Part shown: piece after piece, positions 1 to 9,524 of the stretch
Layout: every line of letters begins with the position of its first letter
Numbering within the stretch: position 1 is the stretch's first letter
Source: a virus
UHGV virus genome: UHGV-0146066
Strand: one strand, 5' to 3'
DNA length: 25,475 nt
Program-made: the position numbers and the translations under genes
Notes under the pieces: model-generated
Told to the model about the DNA's origin: nothing
The model's input: only the letters and a program-made list of their open reading frames with translations
Databases searched by the model: none

Positions 1-506
<506 letters not shown>

Positions 507-1032
507 CTAGAACTTCCCAGATACTATTAAGCTGAAATTCAGATTCGTTTTTACACTCATCATCTTCATGTTCGATGTTAATCCCGATGGAATCGACTAC
601 CCCACGGAAAACAGGGTAAGTGGTTTCAACCTTGCCCGTGTTAGGGTTCAGGAAAACCATCTCGATTTTCACATCAGATTTATCGAATTGCTTGTTACGA
701 ATCAAGGTAATGTATTCCTCGCGAACGTTAGAAACAGTTACGTTGATCCCGTTGTTGTTGATCTCCTTCTCTTCGGTATTCGATGAGATTTGAAGAAAAT
801 CACCCGTTGCGAGATACGTAAAACCGTTATAGTCCAAATCGAAATACCCATCTGTAAGCCGTAGAACGTCCCCTGACGCGGTGACTGCTTCGATAATGTG
901 AAACATCGATCCAGTGGAGAAAAGTTGCGGTAGCGTCAATCTAGATACATTCTGCCCTGTCTGGTCGTTGTAGACCTCGATGAAGTCCAGATTGGTGCAT
1001 AGTTTGCTGAATGATTCTTGAATAGTTGCCAT
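507..1032 (-). pseudogene. Phage distal tail / tail tip protein gene, N-terminal ~175 codons, interrupted by IS5
   Basis: ATG at 1032-1030 overlaps the upstream stop (TAATG coupling) and has a GGAGA Shine-Dalgarno. Translation MATIQESFSK... runs into IS5 sequence at 506/507; the tail of track ORF 469..1086 is IS5-derived. Confidence 0.7.
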
Positions 1033-1592
1033 TATACATTCTCCACTAATTCGAATTTCATCTTGCCAATCTGGGCGATCTTCCAATCGATGTTTTCAGT
1101 TTTGAGAAGAAATTCGCCCTCTACGTTCTGATACTTGATCACCTCACCCGCTAGGACGTTTTGGCGCAAGTTAGGGAAGAGTTTCATTTCACCACCTGAT
1201 TTCACGTCTTCGGTGATCGTGTAGATTTTCTTGTGGTTCTCAAACTGGATGATAATTCCCGCTTTCAGTGTTCCGGTGAAGTTGGAGAGTCTTACCTTGC
1301 GCCCACCGCGAGCAGTACCAGCAGCAGCCGTAACCATCTGGCGTACATCACCTGTATATTTTGAAAAGTAAGACAGTGGCACACTAAAAGGACGACCAAA
1401 AAGGTGACGTGCTACAAATTCTTTTACTTCGTTAATATCCTGAGCCATGTAATTCGCGGTAAATTCTGCTTCGTAAAAATGGATGCCAGTAAAGCGACGC
1501 TGGAACTTACCGGAGATAGATTGCGCCTTGAAGAAAGGTTGTTTTGATTTAAGAGTAAAATCTGTGATTTTAATATTCTTGGATTTGAACAT
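1032..1592 (-). CDS. Minor tail protein (distal tail protein-like), 186 aa
   Basis: Position immediately downstream of the tape measure gene. Its GGGGG Shine-Dalgarno lies within the preceding terminator stem. Function is inferred from gene order only. Confidence 0.45.
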   Translation of the reverse strand: MFKSKNIKITDFTLKSKQPFFKAQSISGKFQRRFTGIHFYEAEFTANYMAQDINEVKEFVARHLFGRPFSVPLSYFSKYTGDVRQMVTAAAGTARGGRKVRLSNFTGTLKAGIIIQFENHKKIYTITEDVKSGGEMKLFPNLRQNVLAGEVIKYQNVEGEFLLKTENIDWKIAQIGKMKFELVENV

Positions 1593-1597
1593 AGAAA

Positions 1598-1640
1598 AGC
1601 CCCCATAGTTTTATGATTATTTATGACTATGGGGGCTTTT
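1598..1640 (-). terminator. Intrinsic terminator / attenuator hairpin between tape measure and next gene
   Basis: 11-bp stem (1599-1609 pairs with 1626-1636), 16-nt loop. On the minus strand it is followed by UUUUCU and then the ATG at 1592. Confidence 0.55.
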
Positions 1641-1642
1641 AA

Positions 1643-3997
1643 TTACATCTTACGGCGTTGTGCGTCTTCTACCGCCTGAGCAACTAACTTAGCGTGACGT
1701 TTGATAGCATCCATGACCATCTTGTCTGAGCTATTAACGTTGCCGTTAATGTTCAAAGGTGCGTTAACTTCAATCGGCTGAGAGTTGCCACCGCCTGATT
1801 TTTGAGCAGCAAGGAAGTCTTTCAAATCACCGTTAGTACGCTGATCAACTACTCGTTCACCCTTATCAAGCAACCATGTACCCTCACGAGGGATATTATC
1901 GATACCATCATGAGCCATACCGCTAACGTTAGTAGACTTGATGTTTGCGATGTTCCCCATGTTCTGAGAAACAGCCAATGCAGCAGCAGCGATCTTTTGT
2001 CCTGTGGTTACGTTGGTCGGATCGTTCCATGCATCGGTAGCAGCCGTCCACATGTTCACCGTCGCTTGTCCAATGGAGAATGCTTTATGAGCATTGAAAG
2101 CCATCTGCATAGCTTTAGTGTTTTCCTGCCCGAAGAGAGTCATTGCAGCAGCAAAACCGCCATACATATCATCGGCTATTGACTGGCGAGCATCAGCATA
2201 TTTCTTTTCAATTGCAGCCATCCGTTTTTGATGGTTTTCATTGAGTTTTTCTAATGCAGCCATCCGTTTAGCTGGATCATTAATACCATCAATATTGAGT
2301 TTTTCGGTCTTATAATCTTGTTCAGCTTCCGATTTCTCTTGATCGATTGCATTAAATTTAGCAAACGGGTTATTTGAATCCTGATAGTCTAAGCTATTAG
2401 TCAATTGATTGGTTTTAAAACCATCCATTCCCTGTAACTGACTATCAATCTGAGAATAGTTTTGCTCGGTATCATTCACACGACGCATATATTCTTCGTA
2501 GGAGATAGCTTTACCATCAAGTAACCGTTTATGGCTTTCTAGCTCGTTGTCCCTGATTTGTTGCAAAACTGTTAAGGCATTCAGAGCATCAATCGGATCA
2601 GCACCCAACATCATTTTATAGATGTTTTCTGCGTTCTGATCTAACAGTTGCTGACGTTTAGCGGCTGCGTCTTGCTGAGAGATTAAGCCCATATCTAAAG
2701 CAGTGTCTAAATCTTTCAAGCTGGCTTCTAACTGCTTGTTTTGAGAAGCAATAGACGCGGCTGTCTGTCCTTGCAATTTAACATCAAGAGCATTCAGTCG
2801 CTTGATTGCATCCTCGCGTGCTTTCTGTGCTTTTTCTGCGGCTTCCTTAGCCTTTTTAGCTGCCTCTTCCGCTTTCTTCTTGGCTTCTTCTTGTTCTTTT
2901 TTCGATGGTCCGGTGACGCCTCCACCTTGACCCGTTGGGGTAAATCCGGTATCCGATTTATTTCCAGTGATAGTAATTACCGGATCACCGTTTTTATCAC
3001 GGGTAACGCCTTCACTATCCACCCAACGATCAGGATAATTTGGTTTATTGTTGAAGCTGGCTTGTCCACCCGCTAGACCAGTAGAACTATAACCATGCTT
3101 GTTAATAAAACCACCGTTAGCCATAGCCATATTCTGGCGAGCTTTTTCAAACCTTTCATTAAAAGTCTTTAATGCGTTGAATAAAGCGGTCTTTTCCCAA
3201 TCTTTATCAAACCAGTTGTAAAGATTATTCATCCCTTCAACAACTGGATTTAGTGCATTTGCAGCCATACCCTTTAAGTTATCGGTAAGGGTATCCATAT
3301 TTTTAGAGAATTTATTATATTCTTCGGCTGTGTCATTGGTGATTTTAACAGTTTGCTGATTAATGGCGTTTACAGCTTCCTGATAAGATCCGTATTTCTG
3401 CAATTCATCAGCCATATGACTTGAATCACTGGCTAACGATTCCATCATAAACTTAACATCAGCGTTAGACGCACCAGCCTTGCGCATATCATAGAAGACC
3501 TTGATCGCCGCTTTCATCCCGCCTTGTGGATCGTTCATAAACTCGGCATAATCTTTAATCTTCAAACCTACACTTTCTAGGTCGTCTTCAATACCGCCAC
3601 CGTTACGCCATGCATCAGCCAGCTTATCTAAGGTGTCTTTGTTAATATCACCAAATTTCTCAACGGTTAAGCCAGTACCGGAGAATTGCTTCTCTAATTT
3701 CTGGAGTGTTTCGACGGTTAAACCAGTTGCTTTTGAAACTTCGCTGTATTCCTTTACATAATCACCGATGGCATTTGCAGCAGAAATAGCGCCAGCAGCC
3801 AAACCAACAAAACCACCAGCAGCCAAAGCAAGCGATCCACCAGTTCCGCGAAGGGTTCCACTTAAACTAGATAAACCACCAGACAAATCAAGATTCATTG
3901 CCCTTTCTGAAAGGTTATCAAGCATCTCTATCGCCTGATTGGTACTTCTCCTTAGACCGTCATTATCTCCTTCTATTGTTACTATATGTCTTGTCAT
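1643..3997 (-). CDS. Tail tape measure protein, 784 aa
   Basis: Long alpha-helical, Ala/Lys/Glu-rich coiled-coil segments (KKEQEEAKKKAEEAAKKAKEAAEKAQKARE). C-terminal MAHDGIDNIPREGTWLLDKGERVV motif is typical of tape measure proteins. Sits downstream of a G/T-like ORF pair. Confidence 0.8.
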   Translation of the reverse strand: MTRHIVTIEGDNDGLRRSTNQAIEMLDNLSERAMNLDLSGGLSSLSGTLRGTGGSLALAAGGFVGLAAGAISAANAIGDYVKEYSEVSKATGLTVETLQKLEKQFSGTGLTVEKFGDINKDTLDKLADAWRNGGGIEDDLESVGLKIKDYAEFMNDPQGGMKAAIKVFYDMRKAGASNADVKFMMESLASDSSHMADELQKYGSYQEAVNAINQQTVKITNDTAEEYNKFSKNMDTLTDNLKGMAANALNPVVEGMNNLYNWFDKDWEKTALFNALKTFNERFEKARQNMAMANGGFINKHGYSSTGLAGGQASFNNKPNYPDRWVDSEGVTRDKNGDPVITITGNKSDTGFTPTGQGGGVTGPSKKEQEEAKKKAEEAAKKAKEAAEKAQKAREDAIKRLNALDVKLQGQTAASIASQNKQLEASLKDLDTALDMGLISQQDAAAKRQQLLDQNAENIYKMMLGADPIDALNALTVLQQIRDNELESHKRLLDGKAISYEEYMRRVNDTEQNYSQIDSQLQGMDGFKTNQLTNSLDYQDSNNPFAKFNAIDQEKSEAEQDYKTEKLNIDGINDPAKRMAALEKLNENHQKRMAAIEKKYADARQSIADDMYGGFAAAMTLFGQENTKAMQMAFNAHKAFSIGQATVNMWTAATDAWNDPTNVTTGQKIAAAALAVSQNMGNIANIKSTNVSGMAHDGIDNIPREGTWLLDKGERVVDQRTNGDLKDFLAAQKSGGGNSQPIEVNAPLNINGNVNSSDKMVMDAIKRHAKLVAQAVEDAQRRKM

Positions 3998-4000
3998 AAA

Positions 4001-4375
4001 TTACCCCAATTGTCCGCTCTTGAGCTTTTGTAATAATGAAGCGTCGAAAAAACTATCAACCAAAGCAGCGTTACGTTCTTCCTCTTTCTTACGAGCAATT
4101 TCTTTTATTTCTTCTTGCGTTTTAAATTGCTTGTCGTCCTTAATCATTCGGAATTGGTTAACATTGATTTTATTCAACCATTCACGAGTCATGTTAGGAG
4201 ATGTAACGTGCATGTAATACATCGACTGTGCATGTCGCGCATCTTGAAACAGGGGGCTTTGTGGTTCAAGATATGTATCGAATATATGCAACGCCCAAAA
4301 TAGCGTAATTGGCATATTATCCATCTCATCTTTACTCAAGCCCCGACGCATCATTTGCCGAAAATAAAAATTCAA
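4001..4375 (-). CDS. Tail assembly chaperone, T-like downstream ORF (124 aa as listed, TTG start)
   Basis: Second of two small ORFs directly upstream of the tape measure gene. Its frame opens about 13 nt before the stop of the preceding ORF, an arrangement that resembles lambda G/GT. Confidence 0.45.
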   Translation of the reverse strand: MNFYFRQMMRRGLSKDEMDNMPITLFWALHIFDTYLEPQSPLFQDARHAQSMYYMHVTSPNMTREWLNKINVNQFRMIKDDKQFKTQEEIKEIARKKEEERNAALVDSFFDASLLQKLKSGQLG

Positions 4376-4383
4376 GAGCGGGT

Positions 4384-4692
4384 TTACTTTACCTCGTTTT
4401 CAATTACCGCCGCATCTTTCATCAATGATGCTTGAGCAACTAAGCCGATTAATTCGCTGCGGACGCTAGTATACAATGCCTTAACTTGTTCAATAGATTC
4501 AAATACTGGCTTACCGTCTTCATCTTCAATACAACGAAGAATAGAGCGTTCATCACGGTCTTTTTTATCAGTATTGAAAACATGTTCATTAAATTCTTGT
4601 ACCGACATAGGGCGAGCATAGAACGTAAATCCTCCGAGGGTTAAAGATTCACGTTTCGGAGAAAGAGCTTTCAGCATTTCATTCAGATTCAT
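4384..4692 (-). CDS. Tail assembly chaperone, G-like, 102 aa
   Basis: Small acidic ORF with GAGGA Shine-Dalgarno, located directly upstream of the T-like ORF and the tape measure gene. Confidence 0.5.
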   Translation of the reverse strand: MNLNEMLKALSPKRESLTLGGFTFYARPMSVQEFNEHVFNTDKKDRDERSILRCIEDEDGKPVFESIEQVKALYTSVRSELIGLVAQASLMKDAAVIENEVK

Positions 4693-4737
4693 TATTGTTT
4701 CCTCATTAATAGTGATTACGCTGTATTTATTTAGAAT

Positions 4738-5244
4738 TTAAGAGATTTTCAAAGTCTGCTTAGTGCCAGTCTTCTTAATGTTATTGAGGAAAGCAGCCGG
4801 AGGATTGCTTAACCAATAGTAATGAAAACCGCTTTGCATACTGTTATAAGGAACAGTGACAGCAGCACCACCCAAATTAACGGTTATATTCCCCGCTCTA
4901 CCGTTCTGGAGATATACAGCCATAGTAGGAGTACCGCCATTGAATTGACCAACGATAACGCCAATCAGACGCCCTACGCCCACGTTTTCGGGGTTCTCCA
5001 TAGATCCTTTACCGCGCATGTCAGTTACTGGATAGTTTGAAGCAGTTACACCCCAGTTATTACCCAATGAAGTAGACCACGCAGCAGTAGCTACAACCGT
5101 ATCCATACCACGACCACACATCGCACTCATGTTAGCTGGGCGACTAACCTTTAATGCGTTCATTGCTGCGCTCATCCATCGTTGACCAGTTACAGAAACA
5201 GCAGATGACCCGACCCAGCCAGGCTTATTAACGACATTCGCCAT
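4738..5244 (-). CDS. Hypothetical virion structural protein, 168 aa (Gly/Ala/Asn-rich)
   Basis: ORF with GGAG Shine-Dalgarno 9 nt upstream of the ATG, inside the tail module. No recognisable motif. Confidence 0.5.
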   Translation of the reverse strand: MANVVNKPGWVGSSAVSVTGQRWMSAAMNALKVSRPANMSAMCGRGMDTVVATAAWSTSLGNNWGVTASNYPVTDMRGKGSMENPENVGVGRLIGVIVGQFNGGTPTMAVYLQNGRAGNITVNLGGAAVTVPYNSMQSGFHYYWLSNPPAAFLNNIKKTGTKQTLKIS

Positions 5245-5257
5245 TTTGATTACTCCA

Positions 5258-5286
5258 ATAAAAAAGCCCCACCATTAAGGCAGGGC
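5258..5286 (-). terminator. Intrinsic terminator after the tail tube gene and its extension ORF
   Basis: Hairpin 5266-5286 (GCCCTGCC...GGTGGGGC on the minus strand) followed by a U6 tract (plus A-run 5260-5265). Homologous to the terminator at 11094-11120. Confidence 0.65.
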
Positions 5287-5292
5287 TTATAA

Positions 5293-5412
5293 TTAATCTT
5301 TAGCCTTGCGGCTTCGTTTAGCTGTGGCTTTCGCCGTAACTTCTTCTACTTCTGGAATCACCACCGCTTCATGTTCCGGCTGTGGTTCCGGTTCGGGAAG
5401 TTCTTCGTTAGT
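5293..5412 (-). other. In-frame 39-codon extension ORF after the UGA stop of the tail tube gene (candidate readthrough product)
   Basis: Codons directly after TGA (5413-5415) read TNEELPEPEPQPEHEAVVIPEVEEVTAKATAKRSRKAKD, then TAA at 5293-5295. Homologous to the extension after the capsid gene at 11130-11255. Confidence 0.55.
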
Positions 5413-5886
5413 TCATCCGGCAGTGAAGATTTGCTGTTTCAGCGGAGCACCATCCACCGCGAAGGTAAACTCTTTGGTTACAACTTCTTCATCGCCACCG
5501 TTCATAGCAACTTTAGAAATGAAGCCGTTGAAAGCGGTGCGAATACCAGTCTGTTTTGCTGCGTCAACGTAATATTCTACTTTAATCTGAATACGAGTAC
5601 CGTCTTCGGCAGCTTTGATCAGTTTTTCATGTACCGCATCGCCTGGGATGTAGTTAACGGTCAGAGTCAGATCAGGAACGTTCAGCTTCCCTACCAGTTT
5701 ACGGTTATACTGAGAAGAGAAGGATTTAACTTCTACAGTACCGCGCTCGATACCAGTTTCAGGAAAACCAGCACACTCTTTAATTTCTTCGTAGCTTTCG
5801 TGGTCGAGAGCGGTATTAGTGGTGTCCGCGTGATAGAACAGACTTACCAGACCACCAGTAAAAATATCTTTGAATTGCTGAGACAT
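5413..5886 (-). CDS. Tail tube protein, lambda gpV-like N-domain fold, 157 aa
   Basis: AAGGGG Shine-Dalgarno. Motifs TLTVNYIPGD, KAAEDGTRIQIKVEY and AFNGFISKV align with remembered gpV motifs [23 protein letters not shown] and VFRGWVSSIG. Ends in UGA-A. Confidence 0.6.
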   Translation of the reverse strand: MSQQFKDIFTGGLVSLFYHADTTNTALDHESYEEIKECAGFPETGIERGTVEVKSFSSQYNRKLVGKLNVPDLTLTVNYIPGDAVHEKLIKAAEDGTRIQIKVEYYVDAAKQTGIRTAFNGFISKVAMNGGDEEVVTKEFTFAVDGAPLKQQIFTAG

Positions 5887-5911
5887 AGAATTACCCCTTA
5901 ATTAAAATTGT

Positions 5912-5930
5912 TATTACGGGGGAACTAGTC
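5912..5930 (-). other. GC stem-loop downstream of the tail fiber gene (possible weak terminator or stability element)
   Basis: GGGGGA-ACTAGT-TCCCCC perfect inverted repeat. No adjacent U-tract on the minus strand. Confidence 0.4.
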
Positions 5931-5942
5931 CCCCGACTTTTA

Positions 5943-8900
5943 TTATTTAGTTGCTTTCAGTTCGGCAATTTCTTTCTGTAATGCTTCGATCTGGGCTTTA
6001 TATTTGGCGTCCATTTCCTGCATAGCTTTGATGATTAAAGCATTGACAGCAGAGTTAGAAATAGTCTTGATTGCTTCTGGATTTTCTGGATCTTCGGTGG
6101 ATTGAATACCTACTGCTTCCGGCAATACTTCTTCCAGATCCTGAGCAATAATACCTACTTCGCGTTTAATCACACTACGGTCTTTAAGAGATTTAACTTT
6201 ATCGTAGGTGTAGACTTTCAGTGAGTTTACTTTCTCTAATGCGCCGTCCTGTAATTCTTCCTTGTTAATCTTCAAACGGGAGTCAGAGCGAATGTAAACA
6301 TCGTTAAACGAACCGTTACGACCTGCGGTAAAGTCACCAGCAGCGTTAAAGTCAAAGTTAGTATCATGAACATGGAGACGAACAAGAGCGTTACCGATAG
6401 TACCGTCAGGAACGTGCACACCCATTGCTGCAATGTGATATTTACCCCAATGCGTCGCTTTCCATACGTTATGTGCCGAGTTGGTGGAATGAGGACACCC
6501 AACCATAAGACCAGCAGCACGGTCACGCCAGCTAGCCCAACTACCGCCAGCAACTTCACCACGAATCAGGCCATTACCGCCACCGGTTACAGTACCAGAT
6601 TCCAACTGGATCATCTTATCCGCAAGTTTCCACGTCTGGGCTTGTTTCTGACCACGGAAGCGAATAACACCAGCATCATCGGAATACATCAAACCTAGTT
6701 CTAAGCCATTCGGATCTCTAAACCACAAATGCTTATTACCAGTGCGCTTAAATTCAATATCAGCACCGTTAAGCGTGATATTACCGCCAGTGTGAATTGC
6801 TTGAGGCTTAACAGTACCGTTGATGGCAAACTCAATTGCCGTAGTACCCGGACCGCCCGGACGTTGGGTATACCAATGCCAACCGCTTTCATCAGCACAT
6901 TCAAATACTTGTTTACGAGCATCAGCGCCCCATGCACGAATATTGAAACTAGAAGTAGCTGTACCCTTACCCCAGCGAATCAGACCAGCAGATTCCAAAT
7001 CACCGAAGAATTTAGTTTTAATCGCACCAGTTGCTAAAGTACGTTCAGTGGTGAAGTGAGCACCTTTACTATCTTCAAGCTGTATAACGTTATCACGAGC
7101 GTTATTGCTATCGCCCCAATGACTCAAACGGAAATAGTCGCGGGATTGTCCAGCACCAGCATCAAATGTTAAATATTGGCCTTTAATGTATGTGTTTCCA
7201 GCAAAACGAGCAGCACGACTTGCACGTTCTAAGACTAATGCACCTTCGTTACCATCACCACCCAAAGTAACATTACCGCTACCCAGATTGTAAATGAATG
7301 GACGATAGCCGTTCCAACCACCAAATTTATCATTTTCGGCAGTAGACAGAAGATATACGTTTTGACCATCATTACGCCAGAATGCACCATAGTTACCGTA
7401 AATCATACGGAATGCATCACTGTTAGCAGCTACATATTGACCATTGGTGTATACAATTTTGGTAGCACCTGTGCTTAAAGATACTTGACCACTTGCTTCT
7501 AATTTAACAAAGTTTTTACCTTCGTCACTATACCATTGAAAATCGTTAGTATCTGTAGAACCAAAACCAAACCAGCCTTGACGTTTATTAGCCCCGTCTC
7601 GCTGATCCATATATTCAAAATAGTTACTACGACCAGTAGGACGCCACATACGAATCGCGTTATTGCCTTGCAGATGAAGTCTATCGACAAATAAACCATC
7701 ACTACCAACAATTTTTAATACTTCTTTTTGGTCGGTGGAACCAGTAGCCAAACGATACACATCACCTTGAACAGTTTCATGCCATATTGTTTCCGCCGCA
7801 CGACTGCGGAATTTACGCATATATTTTTTATTGTTGTCTGGTACGTTATTAAGGCTCACAATATCATAGGTTGCTTGTGAGTTATTATCAAACATCAACG
7901 TTCCGGCTTTGTTTTCGGTGTTGAACATCGTAATAACACGAGCATCGGTAACACCAACAGAAGGTTTAACGAGAGTTAATTCAGGAACATCATGTACTGT
8001 CAGAGTAACGCCATCAGTTTTACCGTATTCGACAATAACGTTATCGGTGTAACGACCGTAGTTAACGTAGATATCGTAGTTATCACCGGAAGTATTAACC
8101 GCAAATACTTGATGAACGTTCAGAGCATTTCGACGATAAGCAGCAATACTAACGCCTTTCGGGTTATTGTTACCGGAACGGATGACAATTTCTACAAAGT
8201 CAACCTGATCATAAGAGTTAACGTTATAACCATTACCACCGAAGATACGAAGCATTACCATTCGACCATTCTGTGGGATCGTAGCGGTTGCGATCTTGAA
8301 GTATCCACGAGTAGCATCACCAGAAGGAACGGTCATTCTAACGTTCTTGATGAACATCTGATCAACTTCGGCTTTACTATACACACCCAATTCAGTCGGA
8401 GTCGGCTTATCACCTTCGTGATACATGCGGTAGCTGAATCGCTTATTACCATCTTTATCAAAGCCATAGGTTTTAACTTGAGATGAGCTAGACCCATAGT
8501 GGAACTCAAAACCGCGACCGTGTGCTTTACCGCCAGAATGAGGAATGTTAAGGATTAAGTTACCCCAACCTTCGGCATTGTTTGGACGGAATGCACCAAA
8601 ATAATCAAGGTTACGAGCACCAGCATCATCAAAATAGTTAGCTGTTTTGGTTAACAGATAGCCGTGATGGTAAGTGTTGGTATTCTTCTTGATGTAAGCA
8701 GCATCGGCACTACCTTCAATAGAATCAATTCGCTGGTTAGCTGCGGCAATTGCGGCATCAGTAGAAGATTTATTCTGGTCTACCTTGTTGTTAATTGCTG
8801 TATGGTTGCTATTAACTGTCCCCGTAAGATTGGTGATCTTCGTGTCGGCATCGCGTTTATTATTTGCTACGGTCGTTTCTATGGCTGATTTATTTGCTGA

Positions 8901-9443
8901 GACAGTATTCGTTAAGTTAGTAACGTTGGTATTAGTCTGATCAACTCGTGCATTAATATCTGTCTTGTTCTTGTTAATTGTTGCGTTGATAGTATCGCGG
9001 GTTGAAGTAATAGTCTGATTCAGTTCAGTCTTAGCAGCCGCCAGAGCGTTAGCCGCTTCGGTTTTATTGTTACCTACTGTGGTAGTCAAAGCATCAATTC
9101 GTTTGTTGGCTGCGGTGTCGCCAGCAGTGATTGAAGCATTGAGAGCATCACGGGTAGAAGTGATAGTCTGATTCAGTTCAGCTTTAGCACTAGCCAGATT
9201 ATTAGCGGCTTCTTGTTTGTTGGAAGCAATAACACGGTCAGTGCTAGTTTTGTTATTGTCTACTTTCGTATTCAGTTCAGCGTGTTTTTCTGGAGAAACA
9301 CTAATTTGGACTACGTTATTATTTTTGTCTTTGGTGTAAATCACATGATCCGCCAACTGTAAGGCGATTTCACCCTGTGATAATTGTTCCGGCGTTGGTT
9401 TTTTACCCGCCGTCTGTGTGCGTTTAAATTGGATTGATTGCAT
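5943..9443 (-). CDS. Tail fiber protein with C-terminal intramolecular chaperone (peptidase S74-like) domain, 1166 aa
   Basis: N-terminal KRTQTAGKKPTPEQLSQGEIAL fiber motif, repetitive Thr/Asn-rich shaft, and a C-terminal RSDSRLKINKEEL...VGIIAQDLEEVLPEAV...ALIIKAMQE region typical of autoproteolytic fiber chaperone domains. AGGTGA Shine-Dalgarno. Confidence 0.8.
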   Translation of the reverse strand: MQSIQFKRTQTAGKKPTPEQLSQGEIALQLADHVIYTKDKNNNVVQISVSPEKHAELNTKVDNNKTSTDRVIASNKQEAANNLASAKAELNQTITSTRDALNASITAGDTAANKRIDALTTTVGNNKTEAANALAAAKTELNQTITSTRDTINATINKNKTDINARVDQTNTNVTNLTNTVSANKSAIETTVANNKRDADTKITNLTGTVNSNHTAINNKVDQNKSSTDAAIAAANQRIDSIEGSADAAYIKKNTNTYHHGYLLTKTANYFDDAGARNLDYFGAFRPNNAEGWGNLILNIPHSGGKAHGRGFEFHYGSSSSQVKTYGFDKDGNKRFSYRMYHEGDKPTPTELGVYSKAEVDQMFIKNVRMTVPSGDATRGYFKIATATIPQNGRMVMLRIFGGNGYNVNSYDQVDFVEIVIRSGNNNPKGVSIAAYRRNALNVHQVFAVNTSGDNYDIYVNYGRYTDNVIVEYGKTDGVTLTVHDVPELTLVKPSVGVTDARVITMFNTENKAGTLMFDNNSQATYDIVSLNNVPDNNKKYMRKFRSRAAETIWHETVQGDVYRLATGSTDQKEVLKIVGSDGLFVDRLHLQGNNAIRMWRPTGRSNYFEYMDQRDGANKRQGWFGFGSTDTNDFQWYSDEGKNFVKLEASGQVSLSTGATKIVYTNGQYVAANSDAFRMIYGNYGAFWRNDGQNVYLLSTAENDKFGGWNGYRPFIYNLGSGNVTLGGDGNEGALVLERASRAARFAGNTYIKGQYLTFDAGAGQSRDYFRLSHWGDSNNARDNVIQLEDSKGAHFTTERTLATGAIKTKFFGDLESAGLIRWGKGTATSSFNIRAWGADARKQVFECADESGWHWYTQRPGGPGTTAIEFAINGTVKPQAIHTGGNITLNGADIEFKRTGNKHLWFRDPNGLELGLMYSDDAGVIRFRGQKQAQTWKLADKMIQLESGTVTGGGNGLIRGEVAGGSWASWRDRAAGLMVGCPHSTNSAHNVWKATHWGKYHIAAMGVHVPDGTIGNALVRLHVHDTNFDFNAAGDFTAGRNGSFNDVYIRSDSRLKINKEELQDGALEKVNSLKVYTYDKVKSLKDRSVIKREVGIIAQDLEEVLPEAVGIQSTEDPENPEAIKTISNSAVNALIIKAMQEMDAKYKAQIEALQKEIAELKATK

Positions 9444-9459
9444 CTAGAATCACCTCACT

Positions 9460-9492
9460 ATAAAACAGGAATAAGGGAGGCGTTAACCTCCC
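9460..9492 (-). terminator. Intrinsic terminator after the 277-aa gene
   Basis: Hairpin GGGAGG-CGTTAA-CCTCCC at 9475-9492, followed on the minus strand by the U-rich run UUAUUCCUGUUUUAU. Confidence 0.5.
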
Positions 9493-9524
9493 AACGTTCA
9501 TGTTTTATTTAGGTAGGAGAATCC

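Noticed and set aside
5293-5415. Programmed frameshift, or selenocysteine/recoding, as the source of the C-terminal extensions
   Set aside because: The extension is in the zero frame relative to the upstream gene, so no shift is needed. The -1 and +1 frames hit stops within 2-5 codons. No SECIS-like element is evident, and other genes use UGA or UAA normally, so readthrough is the simpler hypothesis.
2741-8888. Multiple 60-170 aa plus-strand ORFs inside the tape measure and tail fiber genes (2741..3076, 6366..6698, 6729..7037, 7992..8486, 8664..8888 and others)
   Set aside because: All lie antisense within long, well-supported minus-strand genes and lack ribosome-binding sites.
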